Source of the DNA: Camelus dromedarius
Lineage: Eukaryota
Length of the DNA stretch: 64,000 nt
Assembly (NCBI RefSeq): GCF_036321535.1
Contig: NC_087437.1
Span: forward strand, 2,666,001 to 2,730,000
Direction: 5' to 3'
Shown: positions 14,430 through 28,080 of the stretch, one piece after another
How positions within the stretch are numbered: position 1 is the stretch's first letter
Layout of the letters: the number at the start of each line of letters is the position of its first letter
The notes under the pieces: model-generated
Seen by the model: the letters and a program-made list of their open reading frames with translations, nothing else
Database searches by the model: none
What the model was told of the DNA's origin: nothing
Program-made: the position numbers and the translations under genes

Positions 14430-15290
14430 ACACTAAAGAAGATACACAGATGGCAAATAAGCACATGAAAAGATACTGAGCATCATTAACCATGAGGGAA
14501 ATGCAAATTAAATCCACAATGACATGACACTACACAGCAATCAGATGCCTAAAGTAAAAAAAGACACCCCCAAATGTTTGTGTGGAGGAGGGGAAACCGA
14601 ATCAGGCATCCAGTGCTGGTGAGAATGAGAAATGGCATAGCCACTATGGAAAACAATTTGACAGTTTCTTAAAAAAAAAAAAAACAAGAGACACAGCTAC
14701 CACACCACCCAGCATCTGCCCAGAGAAGTGAACACATATGTTAACACAAAACCCTGCACACACGTTTGTTGCAGCTTTATTTGTAACAGCCCCAAAATGA
14801 AGAAAGACCCAGAGGTCCCACAACAGTTGACTCAACAAGCTGTGACACACCATTATCGTGGACCACTGCTAAGAGTTACAAAGAAACCAATTATGTATAC
14901 CTGCCACCATCCTGATGAATCTATAGTTATGCTGAGTGGAAAACAGCAAACCCCAAACAGTATATACTGTATGATTCCACTGATAAAACATTCTAGAAAT
15001 GGCAAAATTAAAGAAATGGAAAACATATTATAGGTTTCTAGGAATTAAGAGATGATAAAGTGGGAGGGAAGTCTCTGCGGCTGTGAAAGGGTAACATAAA
15101 GGATCCTTGAGGGGATGCTCTGTATCTTGACTATCCATGTTAATACCCTAGTTGTGATATTGCAGTATAACTTAGAGCGAGATTACCTTTGGGGGGAACT
15201 GGGTAAAATGTTATAGACCCTCTGTTATTTCTTACAGCTGCATGTCAATCTACAGTTATCTCAAAATAAAAAAGATTAATTTTTAAGTCA
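14430..15290 (+). mobile_element. Old LINE-1 3' end (L1M-like)
   Basis: KEDTQMANKHMKRY; GGGAAATGCAAATTAAA; CAGTATATACTGTATGATTCCA; A-rich end. Confidence 0.8.
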
Positions 15291-16602
15291 AAAGGTGGAG
15301 GCAAAATCAGGGAAACAAGTATGTCAGTTTGTCAGTTATGGCATGAGCCTCAGAACCTTGACATCCTAACGGCCAGTGACCCTGACTGCTGCAGAAGCCT
15401 CAGGCTTTCTGGAGTAGTTCACAGCACTCTGCCAAGTGCTGTAGACACACTCGGTTTTCAGAGCCAAGAATTAAAGAAAAAAGGATGTTCGCCTCACTCA
15501 AAAAGCATTTTGAGATTTTAGGTGGTTATTCAAAGCTTCACTGCATAAGGTAATCCCTTAATTACTAATTTTTTCACTGCCAACACTGTCATATCTCTTA
15601 ATTGCATCATATTATGTGCAACTTTTAAAATTCAAGTATAGACCGTTTACAATGCTGTGTTTATTTCTGGTGTACAGCATAGTAGTTGAGTCATACATAT
15701 ACTATTTTTGATCATCAAAGCAGATTGGTGGTCACAGGAGGTGTTTTGTTTTCTCTAAAAAAAATGAAATTTTTACCTTCAGCATCGGTTTCATGAAACA
15801 CTACTCATGTTTATAAGATTCAGTGCTGCTGAGCACAAATGAGCAGGTTTTACACTCTTGCCTGGGAGGCAGCGGGTCACTTTCTTGACTCCAGGGGAAA
15901 GAATTTTCTGTAGCTCTATGAAAGTACCTGGTCTATTTATCAAGAATTTTTATGTTCAGTTCAACTTAGTTGTTTTATCTATTATGACCAGAGAGTTCTG
16001 TTACAGCTTAGCTGTAGCTCAACCAAGTAATAGCTAAGCACTTCCTCATACTTAGAAACTTTTTAATGTTTCCAGTATTATTTGCTGATCTTTGAGAATT
16101 TCTCCCCAATATCTGAATATTGATTTAGATGAGACTGAAGTCAATTTACCACAATCCTGTTATCTACATTTTTAGGTTAACATGAAACCAAATTGTAATT
16201 ACTTCTCTGCAAATCTCCATATCATTTTATCTGTTAGGCCACAATTATCGCACGGGGTTTTTTTCGTTTGTTTGTTTTTACCTTCTTGTAATACACTCTG
16301 CCTTAAGCCTCTTGGTTCCCCCCTTCCCTATAGTTCATGATCAACTTTGCTGTATTCTCCTTTTCCCCACCTCTAAGAGTGGCACACCCTGGTGCTTTGT
16401 CCCTGAAACCATTGTCTATCCACATCAACCCCCTAAGTGGCCTTTTTTTTCTATAGCTTTCTATAACTTGCTAACTCATGAATTTCAGCTGTGAAGCCCT
16501 GTTTGGGAGATTGAGGCTAAGTGTCAACCTTGACGTTTAACATAAACTCCGTCATATACTTGACCAGTGACTGGCTGTTCTGTGGCGTTTGATGTTTTGC
16601 AG

Positions 16603-16763
16603 GAAAAGCCCTTCTGTTGCAGTGGACACCCACAGTGAAAATACATCGTCTGAGGACACCAATCATACCGTGCTGATTCATGGCCCCATAGAGCTCGTAA
16701 GAGGCTGGAGGAGGCAGAAGGGGCAACTTGTCCCAGTGATACATTGCTTACATCTAACGTCAA
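16603..16763 (+). pseudogene. ARHGAP20-like exon (start of the PH domain), frameshifted
   Basis: tttgcag|G KSPSVAVDTHSENTSSEDTNHTVLIHGPIELVRGWRRQKGQL..SDTLLTSNV AA|gtatgc, cf. DSPSASVDT...LLIDGRAELKRGLQRQERHLFLFNDLFVVAKIK; 161 nt vs 165 nt expected. Confidence 0.8.
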
Positions 16764-19700
16764 GTATGCATATCCTACACTCTCTCAATTATCATAAAGT
16801 TGCATGTCCACTAACCCTTACTATAAGAAAATGTGACAGGCAGGGTCTGTCTTGTCTGGGGCTTTCAGACAGATGATAAAACTAAGGGGTGGGGGAAACT
16901 ACAGATTATTATTAACGATTGTGATACAAGGTAGACAGGATGCCACGTAAAGAAGATGACAGGCCGCTATTACAGAGTGGTCCAGCAGGGCCGCTCAAAG
17001 TGGCAGCCTTTAAACTGCACCTCTGGGATAAGCAGCAGCCACCATTCCCAGACAAGATGTCTGCGCCTTATAGGCTGAGAGACAGCAGGCCTAGGTGGGT
17101 GCAGCTTGGCCTCTGGGAGGGAGGAGATCAATGAAGGCCAATATGACTGGAGCCTACAGCGTGGGGCATATTAGATATGATACTGTGTTCAGGGGGCCCA
17201 GTCACACGGGGTCTCCACAGGCCATAGGAAGAGCTGAAATACTATGCTGAAGGGCTTTTCACCACCAGTCACCATATCTGGTTCACACTAGCAAAATTTT
17301 CTGCACGTGGGGAGATCTCTCGCCCTCCTCTAGAGGCCCACCAATCCTACTGAATTAGAATCTTACCCTGATGACCTCATTTAACCTTAATTACATCCTA
17401 AAAGCTCTGTCCCCAAATACAGCCATACTGTCAGTGAGGGCTTCAATGCATAAAACGGGGTGTTAGCGGGGATGAGGGAGACACAGTTCTGTAGGTGGTA
17501 ATAACTAGCAGGACCGAATGCTGCCACCTTGTACAAGTTCTCACAATGATTTTTAGAAAACCACCTACAAGATCACTCTCATATTAACATTTGAGTATTT
17601 TCATAATCATTGTTAATATGAAAAAAATTTATTCTCCAGAAACAAGCACCTGTGATGATAAACTTCTTTCTTCCCTGCCATGCCTCACTTAGATGGAGTA
17701 TTGCGCTATGTCCTGATCAACTTGTTCAAATTAACAATCTGAGTTTGGCGCCAAGTTTTTCCACTTAGCCATAAGAAGGGTGGGGGTGGGGGAACTGAGG
17801 TTCCATTCTGCCTCAGCTCACCTGGGCTTCAGCTGCAAACTCACTCCTCTTCAGATTTGTACTGCAGAAACCAGCACAAATGGAATAGTTGACTAACTGC
17901 TACTTATGTATTTGGGCAGAATAAGTAAATTTCAGTTTGTATGTAATAATTAAATGTTAAATGTTTGTTTCTTCACAAACATTTCTCAAGTTGTGTAAGA
18001 TGCTAATATTCAGTGACAATTGTTTTGAGATTTTTGTCACTTTTTTCATACTACATGTATTAGAAGCTTCTGTTCTCAAGAATTAAAGTCAGATAAAGCC
18101 TTCAATATCACTTTTGATATCCACTGGAATGCTTAGTAAGTTATATTTCAAACAAAATTATTTTATTTTTTAGAACACAATCTACATTATAAATATTAAC
18201 ATATTAATACTAGTAGAGGCCCATGAAGAATTTGTAAATGGGGACCTCACATAGCACACACCATCTTTAGACATCATTATCCTCAAATTTAATTATTAAA
18301 GAATACAGAGACACAGATGGGTTTTATTTAAGTTGAAAGACGAAGATTACTGTTATCAGTGAAATGACACATACTTGTAAAATATACCACAACCCCAACT
18401 CCCAAGCATCTGAGGGAACACCCCTGTCTTAGAATAGGGGAATCTTCCTAGGATCTTATAAATTCCACAGTTCACCAGGGCTCTCCCTCTGGTATAAAGG
18501 TTGAGGGGGAGGAAAAGGGAGGGGTATCCATCTTGTTAATAGATCATTAAGGGTACATGATAGAAATGGAAACTTCAGTCCTCCTCTCCCTTCTCCTTGA
18601 GCCACTTAACATTAGATTCATTCACTGACTTCTACTAAGAAAATCTCAGAGTAGGTGACTGGGTGTAAAGAAACACAGTGACCCCTAGGAGGATCCCCTG
18701 GAGGATATAGCTTTATTTTGATACATTTTAAACATTTCCGACATAATGTCTGGCTTTGTTGATGTAATACCATGAGATTTATCATCTCACTCCCTAAATC
18801 AAGGAACAGTTCCATCAGAAAGCCTGGTGTCTCTGGGGAAACAGGAGGTGGGTACTTCAGGGAACTAAAGGTCAACAACACCCGTGGACGCCAAGTGGTT
18901 GTGAGCACAGGCTCATGAGATGGGCTGCCTGGGTTCAAACCACTTTTTTTGTTGCTTTTGGCAATTTACTTAGCCTCTCTGTGAGTTTCCTCACCTATAA
19001 AATGGGTTAATATATATATGGTACAGCTATTTGGCAATTAAATGAAATATTGTTAATAAAATATTTAGAACAGTGTTTGGCATATTGTAAGTGCTCATTG
19101 TTATAGGAGAGTGGAAACCATGCTCTGGATTTTTGGATAATTTCTTGGTTTAGTTTCAAGGGAGTGCATAATTTTGGCACTTCATTGAACTAAGAGAGAA
19201 TTATTGAAGTGACTTTTTTCAGGTCAGTCTACCTGAAAGTTTCTGCATGGTACCTTGAGTGTCTATACACATAGACACCTACATCAGGGAAAAAAAATGT
19301 GTAAAAAGTAGAAGATATGTGTCTGTCATTCCCACCAGCCATAAATTTTTAGCTTGATAATGCCTTTACAGTTCCTATCTAGAAAAATAATTTTATCTGA
19401 TAATTGATTGTTTCATAAAAATCTTCAAATACACAACATAGGGTAAAACTGATGACACAGAATGTAGCAAAAACCCATCTTGTGTCAGAAGCAAGTTTCC
19501 ATCATATTTATACTCATGGTGCCCTAATGAATGAATGAATGAAATCCTCTAGATTTTCTTTCAGGTGGGCTTCCTAAAAAATTATCTTCATTTCATAAAC
19601 CCCACTGAAGAGGTGTGGCTTAACTGTTCCATGAATCAGTGAAGGGATTTCCGCACCAGGTTCTCTGATCTAATTTAACCTTGAGTGTTTCTACATGTGG

Positions 19701-20558
19701 TTCTGAATAGCAGGGCTTTCCAGAGCGCTGTGCCCAAGCTCCCTAGGCATCCTTCACAGGACGTGTAGCTGTGATTAAATCCTAGGCCTGCAAGGACATT
19801 AGATCTGTGAATTAACCACGAGATATGGTGGTTTCATGTCAGAAGTCAGAACAGGCAGAGCCTGTCAGAAAGCAATTCCACTGGTGACAATCACCTTCTG
19901 ACTCCTCAGAGATAAATGGAAAGTATGTCCTTCACTTACGTATAAGACACCCTGGCCACTAGCCTGGGGTTGGTTGGTTGATTGTTTTTTAAACTGTGTT
20001 TACTCTGTACACTAACAATTTTTCAGTTTTAGTTAGAATCTAAGACAAAATGGTATGGAAAAAATCTTAAGAAAGGAAATTTAAAAAAACCTATGCTTTA
20101 AAACTAGAAACTCTTCTTAAAAAATAAGGTCAAAAATGTAAGCATCTTTTTTTCTCTCTGTTAAGAAAAAATTGCATTAACTGTTTTTATAAATCATGTA
20201 TCATGTAACATTGTTCAGTTTTTCCAATACTTTTTTGCAGCAAGACATAAGTGAATAAATTAATAGTAATAGTTACAAAAATTATATATAATATATAATA
20301 ACAAATATAAGTAACAAATAGAAGATTTAGATTGCAAACCAACTGCTCTTCCACTTTAAGACCTACTTCCCATCGCTGTAATACTGCTTATGAGAGTGGG
20401 GTCCATCACAAGCCCATTTATGAGGAGGGTATAACTTACACACGTGTTCACATCAGTAACAACTGGGTGCTAATATTTGTATCTGGAACAGTGTTTACTA
20501 TGTTAGTATAAGTATGTTATATAGTTTAATTTTTCTCTCTCCATTTTTAATAATGCAG

Positions 20559-20600
20559 TTCTTCAGAACTAAAGGGAAAATGGTGCTCGTTACTTCAAAG
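20559..20600 (+). pseudogene. ARHGAP20-like 42-nt exon (end of the PH domain)
   Basis: tgcag|T SSELKGKWCSLLQ AG|gtattt, cf. SPEQKDKWLSLLQR. Confidence 0.8.
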
Positions 20601-21234
20601 GTATTTTGTCAGTGTACATATTTTAAATCTTTAATCCATGATGTAAGAGTGCAAATCTTTCAAAAGCAGTGCCCCCCAAACTTTTATTCCTCTTCTTGGT
20701 AGGAATTGAGAGACTACCCTCAAGTAACTTTAGATTTACCCTGGCTGCTACTGCAAATATGCTCTTTTTTACATTTATGTTCTGCTTATTTTTGCTTTTC
20801 CTGGATATCACTCTCCTCTTCCCCTTCTCTCCATCCTAATGCTTAGAGCTAACATTACTCTCAAGATATATATTAAACATCCATAAGTGCAGGTTGCTTA
20901 CTGTACGGAGTGATTCTCAGAGCAACTGCTTCTTCCTCCCTGGGCACCCAGGAAGGTGCTGGGCCCTCCAATCTAGGCAGGAGAAGCTTTGAGGACTGGA
21001 CCTGCTGCTCAAATCTTACATGACAAGGCAACCTGTTATTTTCTGGGTCATGTCTTATTTTCCTGAAATATTTCTGCATATTTTCTCCCAGCCCCTGATT
21101 TGATTTTGCTGAGTCTATTCATATGCTTTAAAGATAACAAAGTATATTTAAAATATTAGCAATATACATTGATTTAAAATAAGCTAATAGCTAATTCATT
21201 GACTCCACTTTGGGTTATTATTGGATTTGATTAT

Positions 21235-21319
21235 GTACATCAATCTAGCCAAAGAGAAGGACCAGCCAAAATGCATCTCCCTCAAAATCTGCACTGAGGA
21301 CATCAAGAACTGTGCCTGT
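21235..21319 (+). pseudogene. ARHGAP20-like 85-nt exon with a mutated acceptor
   Basis: YINLAKEKDQPKCISLKICTEDIKNCAC|gtgagt, cf. YINLEKEKDYPKSIPLKIFAKDIGNCAY; the acceptor reads AT (21233-21234) instead of AG. Confidence 0.88.
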
Positions 21320-22387
21320 GTGAGTGATTTCAGGACCATTAACTTAAATTCCAGGTTCCTGACTTAGCAAAATGAAACTGATAAGAGAGAAAGAGAAGAT
21401 GGGGGGAGTGGAAGGGAGAAAGGAAGGGAGGGGAAGGAGAGAGTATTTAGAAAGTACTACATGGGAGCATGTATTTTCCTGGAAAAATGTGTCTTTGCAT
21501 CTATAAAAAGTGAATCCTAGGCAAAATGAAGCAAGAAGAACCCACCACAGCGACAGCGCTTAAGCATGGAAAGAAAGTGCCTGTAAAGTGTCTGTATTAT
21601 GTCTCTGGATCCTTCTAATAGCAATTATACTGGCTTGTAATAAAGTGATTTTCACAAGCAGGCATTTCCTATTGGAATTAAACACGTTTATTCTGTCACC
21701 ACTACTTACATACATTGTGGTTTGGGTTGTTTTACAGTCATTTCTTCCTGTGACGTTTTATTTGGAATAACTGAAAACTTGCAGAAAAGTTAAAAAAAAA
21801 AATAATACAAAGATCACCCCATTTACCCTTTACCTACATTCACCTGTTTAGTAAAATTTTGCCTTATTTCTTGCTGTCCCCTCTATTACTCTGTGTGTGT
21901 GTCTAACTATTTTTGATGGTCACATATACACCATGGCCCTTTATCCTAAAACACTTAGGTATGTCCGAAGAATAAGGATATTCTCTCATATAACCAGCAG
22001 GCAGCTATGACATTTAGTAAATTTAACACTGACCATTCATGTCGCCACTGTGTCATTAACTGAACCAGCCTTGAGGTGCTCAGGAACAGGCCACGTGCCC
22101 TCCGGGAATTCTCAGCCTTTTCCTCTCTAGCTTAAGCTATCATATTTTGTGTGCCACAAATCCTTTAGGAGAAACACCTGATTTACTGAAATGCTTTTTA
22201 CTAGCTTCATGTTATATAAAGAAATGAAAAATAAATTGTAAGTAGGGGGCTGTGCTCTACATGTGCTGTACTTTGTCACTGCCTGAACACAAGCTTTGCC
22301 TTTAGAATACAAATAATTTGACAGTAATTATTTACTCACCTTCAATTTCTTTAATTTATAGCAATTTTTCTCATTTCTTTTTTACAG

Positions 22388-22465
22388 TCTGTAACTATCA
22401 CAGTAACAAACTCAGACACAGTGAATGATGTTATCAACATGTCACTCTCAATGCTAGGAGTAACT
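22388..22465 (+). pseudogene. ARHGAP20-like 78-nt exon (RA domain)
   Basis: tttacag|SVTITVTNSDTVNDVINMSLSMLGVT|gtaagt, cf. SKTITVMNSDTANEVINMSLPMLGIT. Confidence 0.9.
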
Positions 22466-23799
22466 GTAAGTTACCTGCTAGTTCTTTCTAGTTAAAAATC
22501 AACTTTAATTTTTGAGATTCGTGTGTGTGCATGTGTGCATATGTGTATGATGTACCTCCCATCATGAGACAGCTATTACGGACAGGTAAGTCATATTTAG
22601 TCCCCCTGAATTTGGAAACTGAAAGCAGCAAGCTAGGTTATCAGCCTATACAATAGTGTTATTCTTGTATTCCCATTTTAAATTTTGTGCAAGCTGAAAG
22701 TGATAGCATAATGAATTCAGGCTGTAATTTTAGAGTGCTAATAACATCCTCTTTACTGTATACATTATACAAGAAATGACACAATATTTATAAGATTCTA
22801 AATATTCCCTCCTCCATTGGACTGTTCTTTCTGTATCTTCTTCCTTGATACCTCCCATCCCATCCCCATTTATCCTGATTGTCACCTGAGGACTCAATCT
22901 TGGTATGATAGATCCTAAATGAGGTGTTTTGCTCTAAATTTTGACATAAAGCCAGCTGGCTAGAAGCTACATCCCCTTGAGGCAGGTCCTGAGAATGAGA
23001 TAGCTAATGCCTATTGTGAATTGGTAAAGGGGAAAGTTGTGAATAAGACCATGGATCTGGGGACATCTGTGTACACATCACTTTCACCTTTTTTTGCTTT
23101 CAAGTGTCTGCTCCTTTATGTTTTGCCAGGGCTGCTGTGAGTTGTTGGAAAATTTCTTGGTGAAGGAGGTGGCTATATTTGAAGGTGAGGTTGTGCAAAG
23201 GAAAAGAGAGGGAGACTGACATTCAGATGACAAAACTGGAGACAGCTCAGCTGCTTATATAAATTCTCTGTAAATGGGAAAACATCTTGCTATTGTGACA
23301 TGCCATAATTACAATATTTGTATTTAAGTTTTGTCTGACTCAGTGGTATAATGAAGCCCCTTAAATAATCAGGGAAACCAGAATATGGTATAAGAAATTC
23401 ATTTGACTACTGAGCAATTCAAATTTAATATACACTTAAAATAAAATTGAATTTATATTACTGAGTAAAGCACACCTCTGCACTGATTTCTAACCTACAT
23501 GATATATATATGACCTGAATCAAAATTAAATATTGAAAGAGAGTGAGTAGTTTTAGGATAAAGGTGGGGATACTAATTAATTACAGAGCTCAGTTTATTT
23601 TATTTTTGTAATGTTCCTTTGCTTAAGGTGATCAATCTCACTAAACAAGAAAAACTTCTATTTTAATGTAGAACTGGGGTTATTTGCCTACATATGTATG
23701 CCTATTTAAGGGACACTGACAAAGTGTTTCCAACCTTAAACCTTAAAAGATTTTTATTAACTCTCTCTTATCTGCAATACAATTTTGAACAGATTTAGC

Positions 23800-23802
<3 letters not shown>

Positions 23803-23832
<30 letters not shown>
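23803..23832. repeat. (GT)15 microsatellite
   Basis: Direct reading of the sequence. Confidence 0.95.
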
Positions 23833-23834
<2 letters not shown>

Positions 23835-24293
23835 ACATACCTGGGACCCTGCCTCCTCCATGGAACCAGGAGTCAAGTGCAAGCATAGTACCTGCCAGTA
23901 GCAACACTATTTCAAACATTTTTTGCTTTATCTTCTCCTGGAGGACTCTAAAATAATGCAGCAGTCCTTCTAAGTTAAACTTGTTTCAAGTGAAATCTCC
24001 AGTATTTCTAGGCAGTGATTCTGCTGGGAGAGATTGTTTTCCGCATCTGATTTGTTCCCTAGGTCAGAGTACTTGTCCCTCTCTCCCTCAAGTGGGATTA
24101 CACAAAATGTTTAAAATATTTCAGTGTATCAATTTAAAATGGATTGCTGGGTAGAAAATACACTTAGAGACACTAAAAAAAAAAAAATTCCAAATTGGCT
24201 TTAGTCCCTCCAACTCTAGGTCTCTCAAAAAGAAGACAAGCTTGTGCTCCAGGCTGGGAGATGTGAAATGCCATACTCTTTTCTTCCCTTGAG

Positions 24294-24456
24294 GAGATGC
24301 TTAAGTTTATCCATAAAAAAGGGCCACTGACAGAAGGCATCTTCAGAAAATCAGCCAGTACAAAATCATGCAGAGCCCTAAAGGAGAAGCTGAACTCTGG
24401 GGAACAAAGTGAACTTGGAGAATGAGTGTGTTCTTGTGGTGGCATCTGTCTTAAAG
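24294..24456 (+). pseudogene. ARHGAP20-like RhoGAP exon (arginine finger), +1 frameshift
   Basis: EMLKFIHKKGPLTEGIFRKSASTKSCRALKEKLNSG, one extra base, then NKVNLENECVLVVASVLK|gcaggg; 163 nt vs 162 nt expected; weak GAG acceptor and GC donor. Confidence 0.9.
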
Positions 24457-26147
24457 GCAGGGAAAGTTCTAGCCTTATCCGCACACACAGTGACTCTGGA
24501 GCTCTGTGACTGCTCCTTGGTCATGGCTGCCCAGAGCAACAGGTGTAATAGATGAAGGAGCTGAAAAACTGGAAAATACCTCACAGTCAACTTTAAGGAA
24601 GTCCTTTGGGTGTTAAAGTCCCATATGTTAGGTATAGTTTCCTTTTTCATCACAACCCTCTCCCCAAGTTCACTCCTGAACATTCCATGCAAATAAATAA
24701 ATAAATGAATAATAAATTTCAAAACACACACACACCTGTACAAAGTGTACCTAAACAAGCTTTCTGCTTTTGAGGACTTCCTTACTGTCTTCCTAATGAA
24801 GGCAAAGTTTCCAAAAGAAAATTCATATTAAGCTTTTGGAAATAGTTACGGCAGCTTACCAAAGTAAGTAAACATTTGCCTTACAATGAATCAAAACCTC
24901 CTCAGGAAGGCCATCGAAATCTGTCATCATTTCATCATCCTCCCTTCCCCATCTCTTAATGCCTTTTACTTTAAAGCTAGCATAGGGAGGGCTGCACCAT
25001 GTGTGCTTCCTTTCACCTCCTTTCCCACCTTGGCTTCCCTTGTTAATGTCTGTTATGTTTCACCCACCACCCACGGTTAGAGTCACATGGTAACCAGCTC
25101 CTACTACAGGCCTCTTCTTATAAATCTGTCTTTTAAAGTGGACACAGCAGTCAAAATTAGTTTGGAATTCTGAAAATTCATTGGATTTATTTAAGAAACA
25201 GATTGATTTTGAAATGATACAGCTAAGTCAGGTATCCAGTTACATTTCTACAAAGGGAATCATAGACCAGAAAAATAATTTACTCAATCCATCTTGGTAC
25301 TTGTTAGCAGCTCTGAACAAAAATCTGTTCATGTAATAATGACTACAAACAGGTTTTAAAGTTATCTTAGAAACTCCATTACATTTGGTCTTTCCTTGTC
25401 CACTAATAATGTTTGATCATAATTCAATTGTGGGATAAATAGCAACAGTTCAGAAATGACTCAGAGATGATGCCTACCACACTCGCACCATAATAATACA
25501 CACAAGGTATGCAAATAGCAAGGTGAGCGTTGCCCTATGTAAATGCACATGGAATTAATTTGATCATCTAGTAAGAGGCTCTTGCCTATTTCCCATTATA
25601 AGCACAGAATAGCAAGAGGCTGACTTGAGTCACGTTCTGGCTCAACCACACTCAGCCTCACCCATGGGCTCCACAGCACAGGGTCCAGGAAAGCCGAGAC
25701 ACATGCTCCCAGGGTATGGAGTTTGTACACATGAGGCACAGGCCCTGCTGTCCCTTCCCAGACTCCCGGAACCAGCCACAGCTGGAACGCTTCCTCCCTC
25801 CACACACACTGGAAACACGGTGAAAAACCCCAATGACAAGAGAGGGTGCTGCACACCAAGAACACAGTAGAGGTACGAGAGGATGGAGACCTTGTCCACT
25901 GCCGTCACTGCTCTATCTGCAGAGCTCAGGAGAGGCTGGCACACCCAGCAGCTCAGTAAGTACTGGAACAAGTGAACACTTACAGGACTATAATCATGAC
26001 AGTTACCTAGAGGCATTTCCTGAACAAGCTACCATTAAGAGAAGCCTGGGGCTATGGAGTGAGACCAGTGGAAGCATGGTGTGCCTTTGAAACTAGCAAG
26101 GTGGTGCAAAAATTCCCCCTCAGTCTTGCACAAAACATGACAACTTT

Positions 26148-26284
26148 GGGGGTGGGGAGGGTATAGCTCAATGGTAGAGGGCATGTTTAGCATGCATGAG
26201 GTCCTGGGTTCATTCCCCAGAACCTCCATCAATAAATAATAAATAAATAAACCCAATTACCACCTTATCCCCCAGGGAAGAAAA
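26148..26284 (+). mobile_element. tRNA-derived SINE (Vic-1-like)
   Basis: GGGGAGGGTATAGCTCAATGGTAGAG...GAGGTCCTGGGTTCATTCCCCAG...AAATAAATAAA tail. Confidence 0.88.
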
Positions 26285-27246
26285 CTACGACTTCATAAAT
26301 TTTAATAGTTCCAATTCTGTGATATAAAGGCTTGTACCCCAGAAACTGACATATTGTCTCTGACTATACTTTAGTTAAAAAAAAACAAAACGACTTGTTC
26401 ATCAGCCCTCTGAAGTGAGGAATTTTCCAGGCCTCCTCTTAGGAAGCTTACATTTGCGTACCTCTAGCCCTGACACTCAGAGGCCTGAAGTTGCAATATA
26501 TCTAAATTTTAAGTTTCCCATTTCAGAGGATATGATTCATTCAAGGAATTATAAGGGTTAACAGGTAGGTACCCATTGGGGGTTTTGATATGTTTCTAAC
26601 ACCTGCAGCTTAAAAGTCTGCAAAATGAACTTTTATACAGTTTTAAAAAGGAAGACTGAAGCTATTATGAGTATTTTTCCCCATGAAGCACACATACCTC
26701 AAGTCAGAAGGCCCAGTTCTCTCTTAGTATGTGTGCAAGAGTGGAGGGGGGTGTGTTCTGTTTCAGAACCTCTCTTACTTGAATTAAGAGCAAGCACCGT
26801 GTCTAACGTAAACAAGTAACATGGGTGTGCGCATTGCTTTTCAAGACACTAACAGGATTTAGGACGAGTTGTCACCAGACCTGGTCAGTCTGCACTGTTG
26901 TGCTAAAATGGACACAAAGAGTAAGGTCCAGGTGCTGGGAGGGGCTTTCTCGTCATTCTCACTGCGGTCTAGACTCCACTTTGATGCTTCTCATTTTAGA
27001 CAGAGAAAATCCAAGCTCCTGCTTCTGGGTGTGCAAGTCTGCAAAGTCAGAGCCAGGCTCTACCAGTTAGGCAGTTGTGAAGGAAGTGGGGCCTGAACTG
27101 AATTTTTCAACTAAATGTTTTCTCTGTTATTTCTCCAATATATATTTATCGTAATTATATATATATGTATGTGTGTATATATGTGTGTGTATATCTTTTT
27201 TATCTTTTTAAAAAGATATATATGTATCTTTTTTTACCTATGTAAG

Positions 27247-27356
27247 GATTTTCTTCGAAATATCCAAGGAAGTGTATTTCCAGCCAGTCTCTACGATAAA
27301 TGGCTCGGTGTTCTTGATCAAGGGAATGAGGAGGAAAAAATAACTGCAACCCAGAG
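27247..27356 (+). pseudogene. ARHGAP20-like RhoGAP exon (110 nt)
   Basis: DFLRNIQGSVFPASLYDKWLGVLDQGNEEEKITATQ AG|gtaatg, cf. DFLRNIPGSIFSSDLYDHWVSVMDQGNDEEKINTVQR. Confidence 0.9.
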
Positions 27357-27890
27357 GTAATGATGCAGTTAATTCCTCTACTCTGGTCACACCTCAAAAA
27401 TACAACCAACATCCTCTTAGGAAAAGATCAGCTTATAGTTTACCACTTTGTCCACTACACTAATGACCAATGTCAAAGGGTTTCATTTGCTACCCATAGA
27501 GGCCAGATGAAAAAGAGCAGCATGCATTACTGCTGTTACTGAATTCTGTTTTTCTCCTAATCTTATTAATATGGAATCCATGACCATTTTACACCTGCTG
27601 AAGACATGGGACTGCTGGAGATGCAATCCACTGGCCTAATAAGAGATGCCAGAAAATGAATCTGCCAGTGATATGATCTTAACTTTGTCAAACACTTAAT
27701 CAACAAGAGAAGTTCTTATCTGGTTCAGGAATTAAAATCAATGAAACATTTCTGTATGCATTCATGCTTAGAACTCTGTGAGAGGAGACTGTGTACATGG
27801 TTTACAAAGTACTCTGTTCTCTGTCTCTGTATTTCCTCTTCCTATGCGAAATGACTTGCTTTATTTTGAAGTGCATTTTTTTGTCTGTAG

Positions 27891-28080
27891 GCTCTCAGAC
27901 CAGCTGCCAAGAGCCAACATTGTTCTCCTGCAGTACCTTTTTGCAGTGCTGCACAACACTGAACAACATTCCTCAACCAATCAGATGACAGCTTACAATT
28001 TATCACTGTGTACAGCCCCAAGTCTTTTTGGTCCACCTCATGCCACCAGCTCAGAATAAGAAAAGGACTTCACAAAAAAG
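27891..28080 (+). pseudogene. ARHGAP20-like RhoGAP exon (190 nt) with an in-frame stop
   Basis: ctgtag|G LSDQLPRANIVLLQYLFAVLHNTEQHSSTNQMTAYNLSLCTAPSLFGPPHATSSE*EKDFTKK|gtaatg; TAA at 28057-28059. Confidence 0.92.

Noticed and set aside
26148..26230. tRNA gene
   Set aside because: The A and B boxes belong to a dispersed SINE with an AT-rich tail and several diverged copies in the window.
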